IMG/VR virus record: IMGVR_UViG_3300042569_002633
Reading direction: 5' to 3' (one strand)
DNA from: an uncultured virus (IMG/VR IMGVR_UViG_3300042569_002633)
Taxonomy: Duplodnaviria; Heunggongvirae; Uroviricota; Caudoviricetes
DNA length: 20,000 nt
Positions 8,286 to 15,952 of this stretch are shown here, piece after piece. The position numbers were made by a program, and so were the translations under genes. The notes beneath the pieces were generated by a model. It saw only the letters and a program-made list of their open reading frames with translations. It did no database searches and was not told the DNA's origin. Positions within the stretch are counted from its first letter, which is position 1, and every line of letters starts with the position of its first letter.

Positions 8286-10316
8286 TTATTTGTTTGTTTG
8301 AAATCTTGATTCTAGAGATCTAGCGATCATATCCATGTAAGCATTGCTGTAACCTGGATTTTGAGCTTGATTTCTTTCATCGGATGTGTTTTCACTCTCG
8401 TCTAATTTTTGAAGTCCAATAGGAGAAACGCCTAATTGACGGGTAGACCAGAAATTTCTGATTTGGTAAGGTGTATCTAGCTTATAGAAGTTAGACTGAG
8501 CAACAATAGATTGCTTGTATCCTTCGTTAAGTGATTCCCATACCTGAGCATACTCAGTTGGCATTTCGTCAATGAATTTAATTCCGGTGTTAAACACTTT
8601 CTCGTCATTCAAAGATTCGGTAAGTAGTGATGTCGCCTTTTGTGTTTCGGCAGGTGTATATGCAGTTTTAGCTGCTTCGTTGATTTCGGTTTTTTGGGTT
8701 TTAACCTTCTCAATTAAATTGTCAATTTTAGAACTTAAGTCATCGTAGCTTCCAGCAAAACCTGTAGTTTCAGCTGATGTTCTTGTTGTGAAGCTTATAG
8801 ACTCTTTAAGAGCTTGTGCTTGGTTCTTGTTACCAAACTCATCATTTAAAGATTCTGCGATATACTCAGAATAACTAATGTTGGTTTTAACCTTTTCATT
8901 AATTTTTTCCGTTACGTCGATAGTCTTATTCAAGCTTTCTGCTAGATACTCGCTATATGTGATAGACTTGTTTAAATTCTCTCCTATATATTCAGAATAG
9001 CTAATGTTATTAGAAACATTTTCTGCTACGTATTCAGAATAAGAAATTCCCCTATCTAAATTCTCAGCTACATACTCAGCATATTGAATATTGTCGTCGA
9101 TGTTTTCTGCAAGGTATTCAGAATAGTCAATATTCTTTTCTACGCTTTCAGCTAGATATTCTGAATATTGAATGTTCTGATCAAGCTTTTCAGCAATATA
9201 TTTAGAATACTCAATAGAACTATCAACATTTTCAGCAATATATTCTGTATAAGAAATTCCTTTATCAACATTCTCAGCTAAATACTTAGAATAAGCAATA
9301 GACTTATCAAGGTTTTCAGCTAAATACTTAGAATATGAAATAGAATTGTCAAGATTCTCAGCTAGATATTCACCATATTTAACAGAATTTTCTAAATTCT
9401 CTGCTATATAATCGGAATACTTTTCAAGTTTCTCAATTCTTCCCTCAAGGATTCTGCAATATTCAGAAGTGTTTCCTCCTTGAGACTCGTCAATATTCGA
9501 CTTTTGTTCCTTAATTGTATCCATAGCAATTTTCATCGAATCCATCTCGTTTTTCAAGAAAACGGAATACTGATTGAGCTCTTCTGCTGTTACAAATTCA
9601 TTATTCTTCTCCATAAGGGCTTTTTTGTTTTTTTCTTTATTGTTGATCAATTTATCGAATTCCTCGTTATTTTCAACTTTATATATCTTCACACTGGAAT
9701 TATTTTTAATACCGAAACTTTCATTGATACACTCTAGACCAGATGTGACTGAATATTTATCAGTAAAGTTCTTAATATCAGATTGGGTGAATCCTGCGCT
9801 TTCATAAACTCTCTCTAATTGAGCGTCTTGAAATCCAGGATCGGCAACAAGATCATATGTGAATATCTTCTTGATCTCCACCTTCTTATCCGGACCAACA
9901 TTACCAGCTGCTCTTGATGAAATAGAGATAGGAACTCCAGCATCTACTAATTTCTTAGCAATTTGTCCTGCTGGGGTGTCAAGTAATTTAACTTTTATCC
10001 TGATTGTCTTATTATCCTTATCGTAATTAAGATCCGTTATAATGTGAGAAATATTCTTTAGAGAGACGTCAAATTTTTCCGGATGATCTAATTCACCAAC
10101 TAGTCTTTTTTGTGCAATCTTATCCTTCAAATAGCTAAGATGCGGAAGATAATCCCCCTCAGTATAGATTCTATTGTTGTTGTTCTCCTTTTGGAATACA
10201 GCAGCAATGCCTTCTAGAACATAGTCATCACTATTAGTCTTCTTGGATTCAAGAATAAAATCTTGCTTCTCCAGGATGAAGACATAATTTTCGTTTATTG
10301 TATCAGAATATTTCAT
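8286..10316 (-). CDS. Prohead protease (T4 gp21-like) fused to a repeat-containing scaffold/core domain
   Basis: N-terminal ~175 aa: LEGI..ENNNNRIY, GELDHP (catalytic His), ISSRAAG (catalytic Ser), TYDLVADPG; acidic helical C-terminal part with 14-aa repeats; directly upstream of the MCP. Confidence 0.9.
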   Translation of the reverse strand: MKYSDTINENYVFILEKQDFILESKKTNSDDYVLEGIAAVFQKENNNNRIYTEGDYLPHLSYLKDKIAQKRLVGELDHPEKFDVSLKNISHIITDLNYDKDNKTIRIKVKLLDTPAGQIAKKLVDAGVPISISSRAAGNVGPDKKVEIKKIFTYDLVADPGFQDAQLERVYESAGFTQSDIKNFTDKYSVTSGLECINESFGIKNNSSVKIYKVENNEEFDKLINNKEKNKKALMEKNNEFVTAEELNQYSVFLKNEMDSMKIAMDTIKEQKSNIDESQGGNTSEYCRILEGRIEKLEKYSDYIAENLENSVKYGEYLAENLDNSISYSKYLAENLDKSIAYSKYLAENVDKGISYTEYIAENVDSSIEYSKYIAEKLDQNIQYSEYLAESVEKNIDYSEYLAENIDDNIQYAEYVAENLDRGISYSEYVAENVSNNISYSEYIGENLNKSITYSEYLAESLNKTIDVTEKINEKVKTNISYSEYIAESLNDEFGNKNQAQALKESISFTTRTSAETTGFAGSYDDLSSKIDNLIEKVKTQKTEINEAAKTAYTPAETQKATSLLTESLNDEKVFNTGIKFIDEMPTEYAQVWESLNEGYKQSIVAQSNFYKLDTPYQIRNFWSTRQLGVSPIGLQKLDESENTSDERNQAQNPGYSNAYMDMIARSLESRFQTNK
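8832..9419 (-). repeat. Coding tandem repeat, 14 x 42 nt (consensus YSEY(L/I/V)AENLDKSIS)
   Basis: Units from YSDYIAENLENSVK to YSEYIAESLNDEFG; the 13th unit is degenerate (VTEKINEKVKTNIS); 588 nt in frame. Confidence 0.92.
9680..9687 (-). promoter_or_regulatory. Putative intragenic late promoter GATATATA
   Basis: Perfect motif in the protease-scaffold linker, ~66 nt upstream of in-frame ATG 9614. Confidence 0.4.
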
Positions 10317-10342
10317 TTATAAATATTTCTTTTCTTATTTTC

Positions 10343-10350
10343 TATATATC
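10343..10350 (-). promoter_or_regulatory. Putative late promoter GATATATA
   Basis: Intergenic GATATATAGA, identical 10-mer to the 6431-6440 copy, ~27 nt upstream of the protease ATG. Confidence 0.65.
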
Positions 10351-10372
10351 AATTCTATTTTAGAAAATCTTC

Positions 10373-12982
10373 TTATTTTTTAACTTCGAGTCTACTTTGC
10401 GCGCTTTGGAGCAATTTTTTTGCAATTTCAAATGATTCAATTTCTTCAGGAGTGTATTCTTTTGATTTTTTCATGAATTCAGCATCTTTATTTCTGATGA
10501 TAATTTTAGATATCTCACCGTTATCATCGTACCTAGCTTTTACCATAGTTACCTTATCCCAATCAGATATACCTAAAATTCCCTTGTCTTCAGTGGTCAG
10601 GAATTCATCCATTAGATTAATCCCACCGTCTTTATCCCCATCTTTAATAACAGTGCTGTGCTTTCTTTCCTTCTTCGTAATATCAGGAGCGATTATTTTA
10701 CCGTCTCCTGCCTGAACTTCACCCGTTCCTTCCTCGTCACCTTCGCCACCTTCCGTAGGCTCTTCAACCACTACTTCTCTATCAACCTCGCTTCCTTCCC
10801 TGTACTCTGCATAACCTGCTTTTGGATCCTCTATGTCCTCGTCGCTGTTTACATCTAAGTCTATAGTTGTTCCTGGTCCTGCATTGTAGTCATCAGGATT
10901 TATTGCGAAATTAGTAAATTGTGGTAATCTCTTCTTTCTTCCAATTTCTCTACTAGCGTAAGCCTTACTATTTGCCTCGTCGCAAACGTATATTGCTAGA
11001 AATACTGGACCCTGAAAAGCATCGAGTACATCAGAAGTGTCCTCTTCATCTCCACTCTCGTATAGCCTACCGCTTTTAAAACTCTCGAAATTAACCACTC
11101 TAGATGATTCGTTTGTCTCCTCTGTTTCTAGATCCTCCGTGTCTTCTTCTTCCTCCTCTTCACTCTCAGCTTCCCCGCCTCTCCTAGAGTTCCCCGTATC
11201 GATTCCACCGTAAAATATTCTCTCTATATCATCGGTGGTTAAATTAGCAAGATCCTCATCTGTAACTAAAGTTCCAACAACGTTTATTCTATCGCCGTCC
11301 ATGTCCTCGAAATTAAATTCATATGTAGCTGGAGCGTTAGGGTCTGCCTTAAAGAATACACCCTCTGATGATTCAACTGCGCTAACTAAAGTATCCCAGT
11401 TGCAAACTCCTTGAAAATCAAAAGGAACCGGTATAGCGTCTCCCTCTGCGTTTACGTCATCCCTCCTAACACCACAAATCTTACCTGAAAACTCATCGTT
11501 ATCTACAATACCGTTTTTTATTTTAGCGGAATTAGGAACTGCTATGAGAGTTAACATATTACTCTTTATTTGCTCGTTTAGGCTGGTAGAATTAGCTGAT
11601 TGTAATATAAATATGGAATTTCCAGAGGCATCATTTATGATCTTTGTCATTTCTAATATTGTCCTAGTCTCACCAATGTTGCTGACTACCCAAGAAAGAG
11701 CTGCACCCCAAGCTGAATCATCAGGTTGAGACCAGCAAAGAACTATAGTCTCTCCAACTTCTATCGATGAGGGGGAGAACGTCTTCTTACCATCAAAAAG
11801 CTCAACTGCTTCATCCGGAGTTGGAGCTTGATTATCGCTGTACCAGTTTATCATAGAGCCCACTGCGTCAACAGCTGTAAGAACCCATCCAAGAACGGGT
11901 ATAAATCTTGCACCACCTGCTACTGTACCTTTTAAAAAAGCTTTACCTGTATTTAGCAGTCTCATAGCTGTCCTTGCTTTAGATGCTCCTTTCCAGGCCT
12001 TCCCTGCTGCCTTAAACGCCTTTGCTGTACCTAATCCTTCTTTAAAAATGTAACTTCCTACGCTCTTTCCGAGTTTTCCAAAAATTCCTAAACCCCCTCT
12101 GGCTGCTCTTCCACCTTTAAAAAGATCCGCTACTGTTTTTGCAGCATTCAGTCCACCTGAACTGCCTATTGCTTTCACTGCGGAAGCAAATTTCCACCCG
12201 TTAAATATTCTATAAGCTAAATAAGATGTTCCAGCAATAGCAGCCACATTGTAAATTCCCCATCCTGCTAACATTCCTTGACCCCATGTAGCCAGTGAGG
12301 AAAGATCCTGTTGAATCTTTGTTACTATAAAGTTCGATGTTGCCTCCGGCGGTACCGGGACTGGACCTGGATACATCTCAGTAGCTTGTGCAAGCCTACC
12401 TGCTCCGGAGGAGGGACCAGTCTTTGCCTTAAATTTACAGGCCTTCATATTCAAAGCTTGCGCTTCTTCATCATCTTGAACAGCAGTTAAAAAGAAAGCC
12501 TTCTCGTCGCCCACATTAAAATCTGTGTTCATATCAAATGTGGTCTGTATAGCACCTTGTTTAACTAGCTTAGTGTAAGCAAATAGGAATTTAATTTGAT
12601 CCTGCGCGGTTATACCAGTTCCTTCGGAGCGTGCTCCTGATGCATCTTCCGGTCCTTTCTCAAAAAGTTCAATATATTCGGATCTTACACTCTCGTTCAC
12701 AAAATCCAAAAAGCTCATTATGGGTTTACCCTCTTTTACTTTCTCTGTCTTCCATCTTTCTACTAAAGCATCACCATCGCTCATTATCTCAGACTCTGAA
12801 GCTTGCCATGATCTACCGGAGGATTTGAACCAATCATTAAATGGCTTACTGTATGCCCACCACTGGAAGTCCTCCAGCTCAAATTCACTATAGAACTCTC
12901 CATTTACGTCAGTTGGGACGTCTATCCATACGAAAGGATCTCCTTTCTTAATAGTACCATTAGGGATTATTGCGTAAGACAT
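10373..12982 (-). CDS. Large hypothetical, probable virion protein with membrane-interacting segments and acidic C-terminus
   Basis: 869 aa; hydrophobic segments (GMLAGWGIYNVAAIAGTSYLAY; RFIPVLGWVLTAVDAVG) bracket a G/A/K-rich stretch; poly-Glu tract; internal IMSFLDFVNES motif. Confidence 0.55.
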   Translation of the reverse strand: MSYAIIPNGTIKKGDPFVWIDVPTDVNGEFYSEFELEDFQWWAYSKPFNDWFKSSGRSWQASESEIMSDGDALVERWKTEKVKEGKPIMSFLDFVNESVRSEYIELFEKGPEDASGARSEGTGITAQDQIKFLFAYTKLVKQGAIQTTFDMNTDFNVGDEKAFFLTAVQDDEEAQALNMKACKFKAKTGPSSGAGRLAQATEMYPGPVPVPPEATSNFIVTKIQQDLSSLATWGQGMLAGWGIYNVAAIAGTSYLAYRIFNGWKFASAVKAIGSSGGLNAAKTVADLFKGGRAARGGLGIFGKLGKSVGSYIFKEGLGTAKAFKAAGKAWKGASKARTAMRLLNTGKAFLKGTVAGGARFIPVLGWVLTAVDAVGSMINWYSDNQAPTPDEAVELFDGKKTFSPSSIEVGETIVLCWSQPDDSAWGAALSWVVSNIGETRTILEMTKIINDASGNSIFILQSANSTSLNEQIKSNMLTLIAVPNSAKIKNGIVDNDEFSGKICGVRRDDVNAEGDAIPVPFDFQGVCNWDTLVSAVESSEGVFFKADPNAPATYEFNFEDMDGDRINVVGTLVTDEDLANLTTDDIERIFYGGIDTGNSRRGGEAESEEEEEEDTEDLETEETNESSRVVNFESFKSGRLYESGDEEDTSDVLDAFQGPVFLAIYVCDEANSKAYASREIGRKKRLPQFTNFAINPDDYNAGPGTTIDLDVNSDEDIEDPKAGYAEYREGSEVDREVVVEEPTEGGEGDEEGTGEVQAGDGKIIAPDITKKERKHSTVIKDGDKDGGINLMDEFLTTEDKGILGISDWDKVTMVKARYDDNGEISKIIIRNKDAEFMKKSKEYTPEEIESFEIAKKLLQSAQSRLEVKK

Positions 12983-12992
12983 AATTTTTATT

Positions 12993-13772
12993 TTATTTTA
13001 TTGTGTATATTTTATCGTATGACTTTGTGATCGTATCAATCAATTTACCTATATATCCCTCAGATCTTAGTTTCTTGAAGACCAGATTACCCGCAGAGAA
13101 TTCTCCTCCCTTTGACAAAGACTCCTTTCTCATTTTCATTATCCTAGATTTTAGCTTAGCAGCCATATTATAAAGAGGCTTGGGATTAGAAGGAAAAACA
13201 TTACCCAGCACTAGCTTATTTTCAAGTTTACTTATATCGTAAGCCAAAGAATTAAACTTCTTATTTACCATAAACTCATCTATTTTAGGTGGTGAGTACT
13301 TAGGTTTCTTAATCCATTTCTTCTTGGTAAGTGAATATACCGTAGAAATGTAGCTTTCCGATCCTTCGTCCTGTACTGCTATCTCCACGTCATGTCCTCT
13401 CATTGTTATGTCATGTTTCGTGTTCCATGAGAATTTTAGACCATACATAGCATAGTCTATCATTTTAGGATCATCGCCCATGTCTTTGAAATTTACAATA
13501 ATATGTAGATCCAGATCAGAATACTGGTTCCAGTTATAACCAGTTAAGGACCCAACAAGCTGAATGTCCAAAACATCCTTTTTCTTTAGCACATCCGAAC
13601 CTTCCTCTATAAAATCATTTGCTATATCCAGAAGTTTCTTACTCACAAGAGGATCTAGCTTCCACTCTAACTCCTTGCCATCTCCTTCTTTTTCCCAAAA
13701 AAGAGGGCAAAGTTCTTCGTTATAGAAGGGACTTTTAGATTCTTTTAGATAACTTTTGAAATTAAAAACCAC
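12993..13772 (-). CDS. Pol-beta superfamily nucleotidyltransferase
   Basis: LVGSLTGYNWNQYSDLDLHIIV (hG[GS]..DxD) and a third acidic residue in HDVEIAVQD; GTG start. Confidence 0.8.
   Translation of the reverse strand: MVFNFKSYLKESKSPFYNEELCPLFWEKEGDGKELEWKLDPLVSKKLLDIANDFIEEGSDVLKKKDVLDIQLVGSLTGYNWNQYSDLDLHIIVNFKDMGDDPKMIDYAMYGLKFSWNTKHDITMRGHDVEIAVQDEGSESYISTVYSLTKKKWIKKPKYSPPKIDEFMVNKKFNSLAYDISKLENKLVLGNVFPSNPKPLYNMAAKLKSRIMKMRKESLSKGGEFSAGNLVFKKLRSEGYIGKLIDTITKSYDKIYTIK
13050..13057 (-). promoter_or_regulatory. Putative intragenic late promoter GATATATA for the 869-aa gene
   Basis: Perfect motif near the 3' end of the NTase gene, ~68 nt upstream of ATG 12982. Confidence 0.35.
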
Positions 13773-13787
13773 AGAATTTTTTTCTTT

Positions 13788-13795
13788 TATATATC
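13788..13795 (-). promoter_or_regulatory. Putative late promoter GATATATA
   Basis: Intergenic, ~16 nt upstream of the NTase GTG. Confidence 0.6.
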
Positions 13796-13818
13796 AAGAA
13801 AAAAACAATAAGGTGTAA

Positions 13819-14520
13819 CTATACCGAAATCTTATTCATGATCAGCATTACTGTCTCGACGTCCCTCTCGCAATATTCCTTAATTTTATCAAAATTCTTA
13901 TCGACCCAGAAAACTCTAGAGACATCCGATCCCTTGATATCCTCTTTTGGAGATCTTACATCAAGGGAGCATGCTAATAGGTCTAGACCTAGATATTTTT
14001 GGCCAATCCAATTACCGAAGGAGAATATCTCTGCGGTGTCAAGAAAAGGCATCTCCCATGGTTTTTTATCCCAAACCTGTATATTCTGAGAAGGTGTAAT
14101 ACCGTTATAAAGCATTCTCTTTCCTAGACAAGCTATATCAAATCCCTTAATGTTATGTCCACATAACTTCCACCCTTTTGAGTGGGCATTGTTAAGAATT
14201 TTGTTTGTTTTGTTGAGAATGTCAATCTCATCATCACCGAAGAAAGATGTTGTCCTTATCGTACCATCATCATTAAAGCTACCGAAGGAAACACACACAA
14301 TTCTTGAAAATTCAGCCTCCAGAGCAGATTTTTCAGCGAATATCTCACCGTCATTCATATCTGACAATTCTTTGTAAGAATTTCTATAGAAATTAGCTCT
14401 CTTACCCCATAGTTCACCCAATCTCGGATTTCTCTCGTTTAATGCTTCTAGACTTTCGAAACAAGACGCAGTTTCTACATCAAAATACAGAGCTTTTTCT
14501 TTTACTTCTTTATTGATCAT
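13819..14520 (-). CDS. DEDDy 3'-5' exonuclease (PolB-exonuclease-like, stand-alone)
   Basis: ExoI LYFDVET, ExoII GHNIKGFD, ExoIII YCERDV all intact. Confidence 0.85.
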   Translation of the reverse strand: MINKEVKEKALYFDVETASCFESLEALNERNPRLGELWGKRANFYRNSYKELSDMNDGEIFAEKSALEAEFSRIVCVSFGSFNDDGTIRTTSFFGDDEIDILNKTNKILNNAHSKGWKLCGHNIKGFDIACLGKRMLYNGITPSQNIQVWDKKPWEMPFLDTAEIFSFGNWIGQKYLGLDLLACSLDVRSPKEDIKGSDVSRVFWVDKNFDKIKEYCERDVETVMLIMNKISV

Positions 14521-15416
14521 TATTTTCTCTTATTAAATACAAATGGTGGTAGTGACTTAAAGTCCTTTAGATAATTAATGCAGCAAAATTCCTTCTCTGG
14601 TGAATCTATTATAACATCGACAGAAAGACCAAATGTTGGTATTCTTTTAGATAATCTTCCGGAAGGCTTAGAATTAACAGGGAATCCGTTTTCATCCTCG
14701 CTCTCAGACTCTGCATGAATCATAATTGGATTACTACCGAACTTCCATGTGGAGCAACTAAGAAACAAAGCCTCCCTTGTACTAAGACCCCCGTCATTGA
14801 ATAAATGATTAAGAAATCTAAAAGATACAGGTACATCCGATTTATAATAGCAACCGGATATGAGTTCCGTTACCGAAAAAAGGCTGGGCTTATCGTCATT
14901 AACTACCGATATTCTCTTCTGGGTTTGCTTAGACATTAAATCAAACTTAACCGAAAATCTCTCTATAGTCTCCTTCCTGTTTCCATATGCACTTCCTATT
15001 CTAACTATTATCGATCTCCCCTTCTGGCCCAGCACATCCAATATGGACCCTAGGCTCTCCAAAAGTGTTATTGTTTTATCAGGAACCCCGTCTAGTTGAC
15101 TAGCCAAAAAATATTCCTTCGGTATTATAAAGCAGGTCCTAAATTTATTAATATTAGAAATCTCGTGTATACTAGATAGTATCCCTGAAATTTTAGGATC
15201 CTCCTCGTCAAAACTAAAATCAACGAACAGTTCCGGATTATCAAATTCGCTTATATCCAGACATAATATGTTAAGTCCTAGATTTGAATTATAAACAATC
15301 GAATCCCTAACTAGCTTAAGAAAATCATAAACAGATTTTATTTTAACCTGCCCGTTTCCTTTTATTTTCTTCGGGAGACCGATGTACCCTAAATTAGACT
15401 TGTCTAAAGAAATCAT
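14520..15416 (-). CDS. UV damage endonuclease (UvsE/UVDE)-like protein, apparently degenerate active site
   Basis: Block order matches UvsE: LGY, IIVxIGSAYG, RISVVNDDK..FSVTEL, VPVSF..H, STW, PIMIHAES, DVIID; most metal-ligand positions are substituted. Confidence 0.7.
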   Translation of the reverse strand: MISLDKSNLGYIGLPKKIKGNGQVKIKSVYDFLKLVRDSIVYNSNLGLNILCLDISEFDNPELFVDFSFDEEDPKISGILSSIHEISNINKFRTCFIIPKEYFLASQLDGVPDKTITLLESLGSILDVLGQKGRSIIVRIGSAYGNRKETIERFSVKFDLMSKQTQKRISVVNDDKPSLFSVTELISGCYYKSDVPVSFRFLNHLFNDGGLSTREALFLSCSTWKFGSNPIMIHAESESEDENGFPVNSKPSGRLSKRIPTFGLSVDVIIDSPEKEFCCINYLKDFKSLPPFVFNKRK

Positions 15417-15427
15417 TCCTTTTTATT

Positions 15428-15456
15428 ATTATACTAAAGGAAATGACTTAAGTTCC
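15428..15456 (-). promoter_or_regulatory. Putative class-A promoter GGAAC-N18-TATAAT
   Basis: GGAAC at 15452-15456, TATAAT at 15428-15433; fills the intergenic gap before the UvsE-like gene. Confidence 0.55.
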
Positions 15457-15457
15457 G

Positions 15458-15949
15458 TTATCCACCTACGGTAGAAAGGCCAAGATCGGCATCGTTGTAA
15501 ACGGTAGGAGAATTGAATGCTTTACCAGGAAGCTGAGCGATCTTGTATTTGGAAAGTAGATCCTGGTGTCCTTTATCACCTTGGTCTATAAATTGTATAG
15601 CATTAGGCTTAACCTCTATTACTTTCTCAGTAAGCTTCCCTATATTGAAAACCTGTATGAAATATCTAAATCCCTTGGAGTCTGGAGTTTTTTGAGCTCT
15701 AACTATTATACCAATCTTTTTATTCTTTTTGCTCTTAGAGTTAATAGGCTCAGCTACAACGAAATCGCCAACCTGAAATTCCGATCCCTTTATAGACCTA
15801 GGCACATTAGGATCCGGACCAACTTCTATAGAAAGATCAGAAAATGGCTTATAGTTTATTTTAAAAACACCATTTGCCCCGCCGTATCCATAGGTATCAC
15901 CAAACGGGGTACCTGTGTCAAATTCGTTTATCGATTTAATGTATTTCAC
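15458..15949 (-). CDS. Hypothetical with KOW/SH3-like barrel; probable internal head protein
   Basis: N-terminus MKYIKSINE; FQVGDFVVA..KKIGIIV pattern typical of KOW/SH3-like folds; GATATATA immediately upstream. Confidence 0.55.
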   Translation of the reverse strand: MKYIKSINEFDTGTPFGDTYGYGGANGVFKINYKPFSDLSIEVGPDPNVPRSIKGSEFQVGDFVVAEPINSKSKKNKKIGIIVRAQKTPDSKGFRYFIQVFNIGKLTEKVIEVKPNAIQFIDQGDKGHQDLLSKYKIAQLPGKAFNSPTVYNDADLGLSTVGG

Positions 15950-15952
15950 CTA

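Noticed and set aside
8832..9419. 42-nt periodicity as a CRISPR array or non-coding repeat
   Set aside because: No spacers; units are in frame and conserved at protein rather than DNA level.
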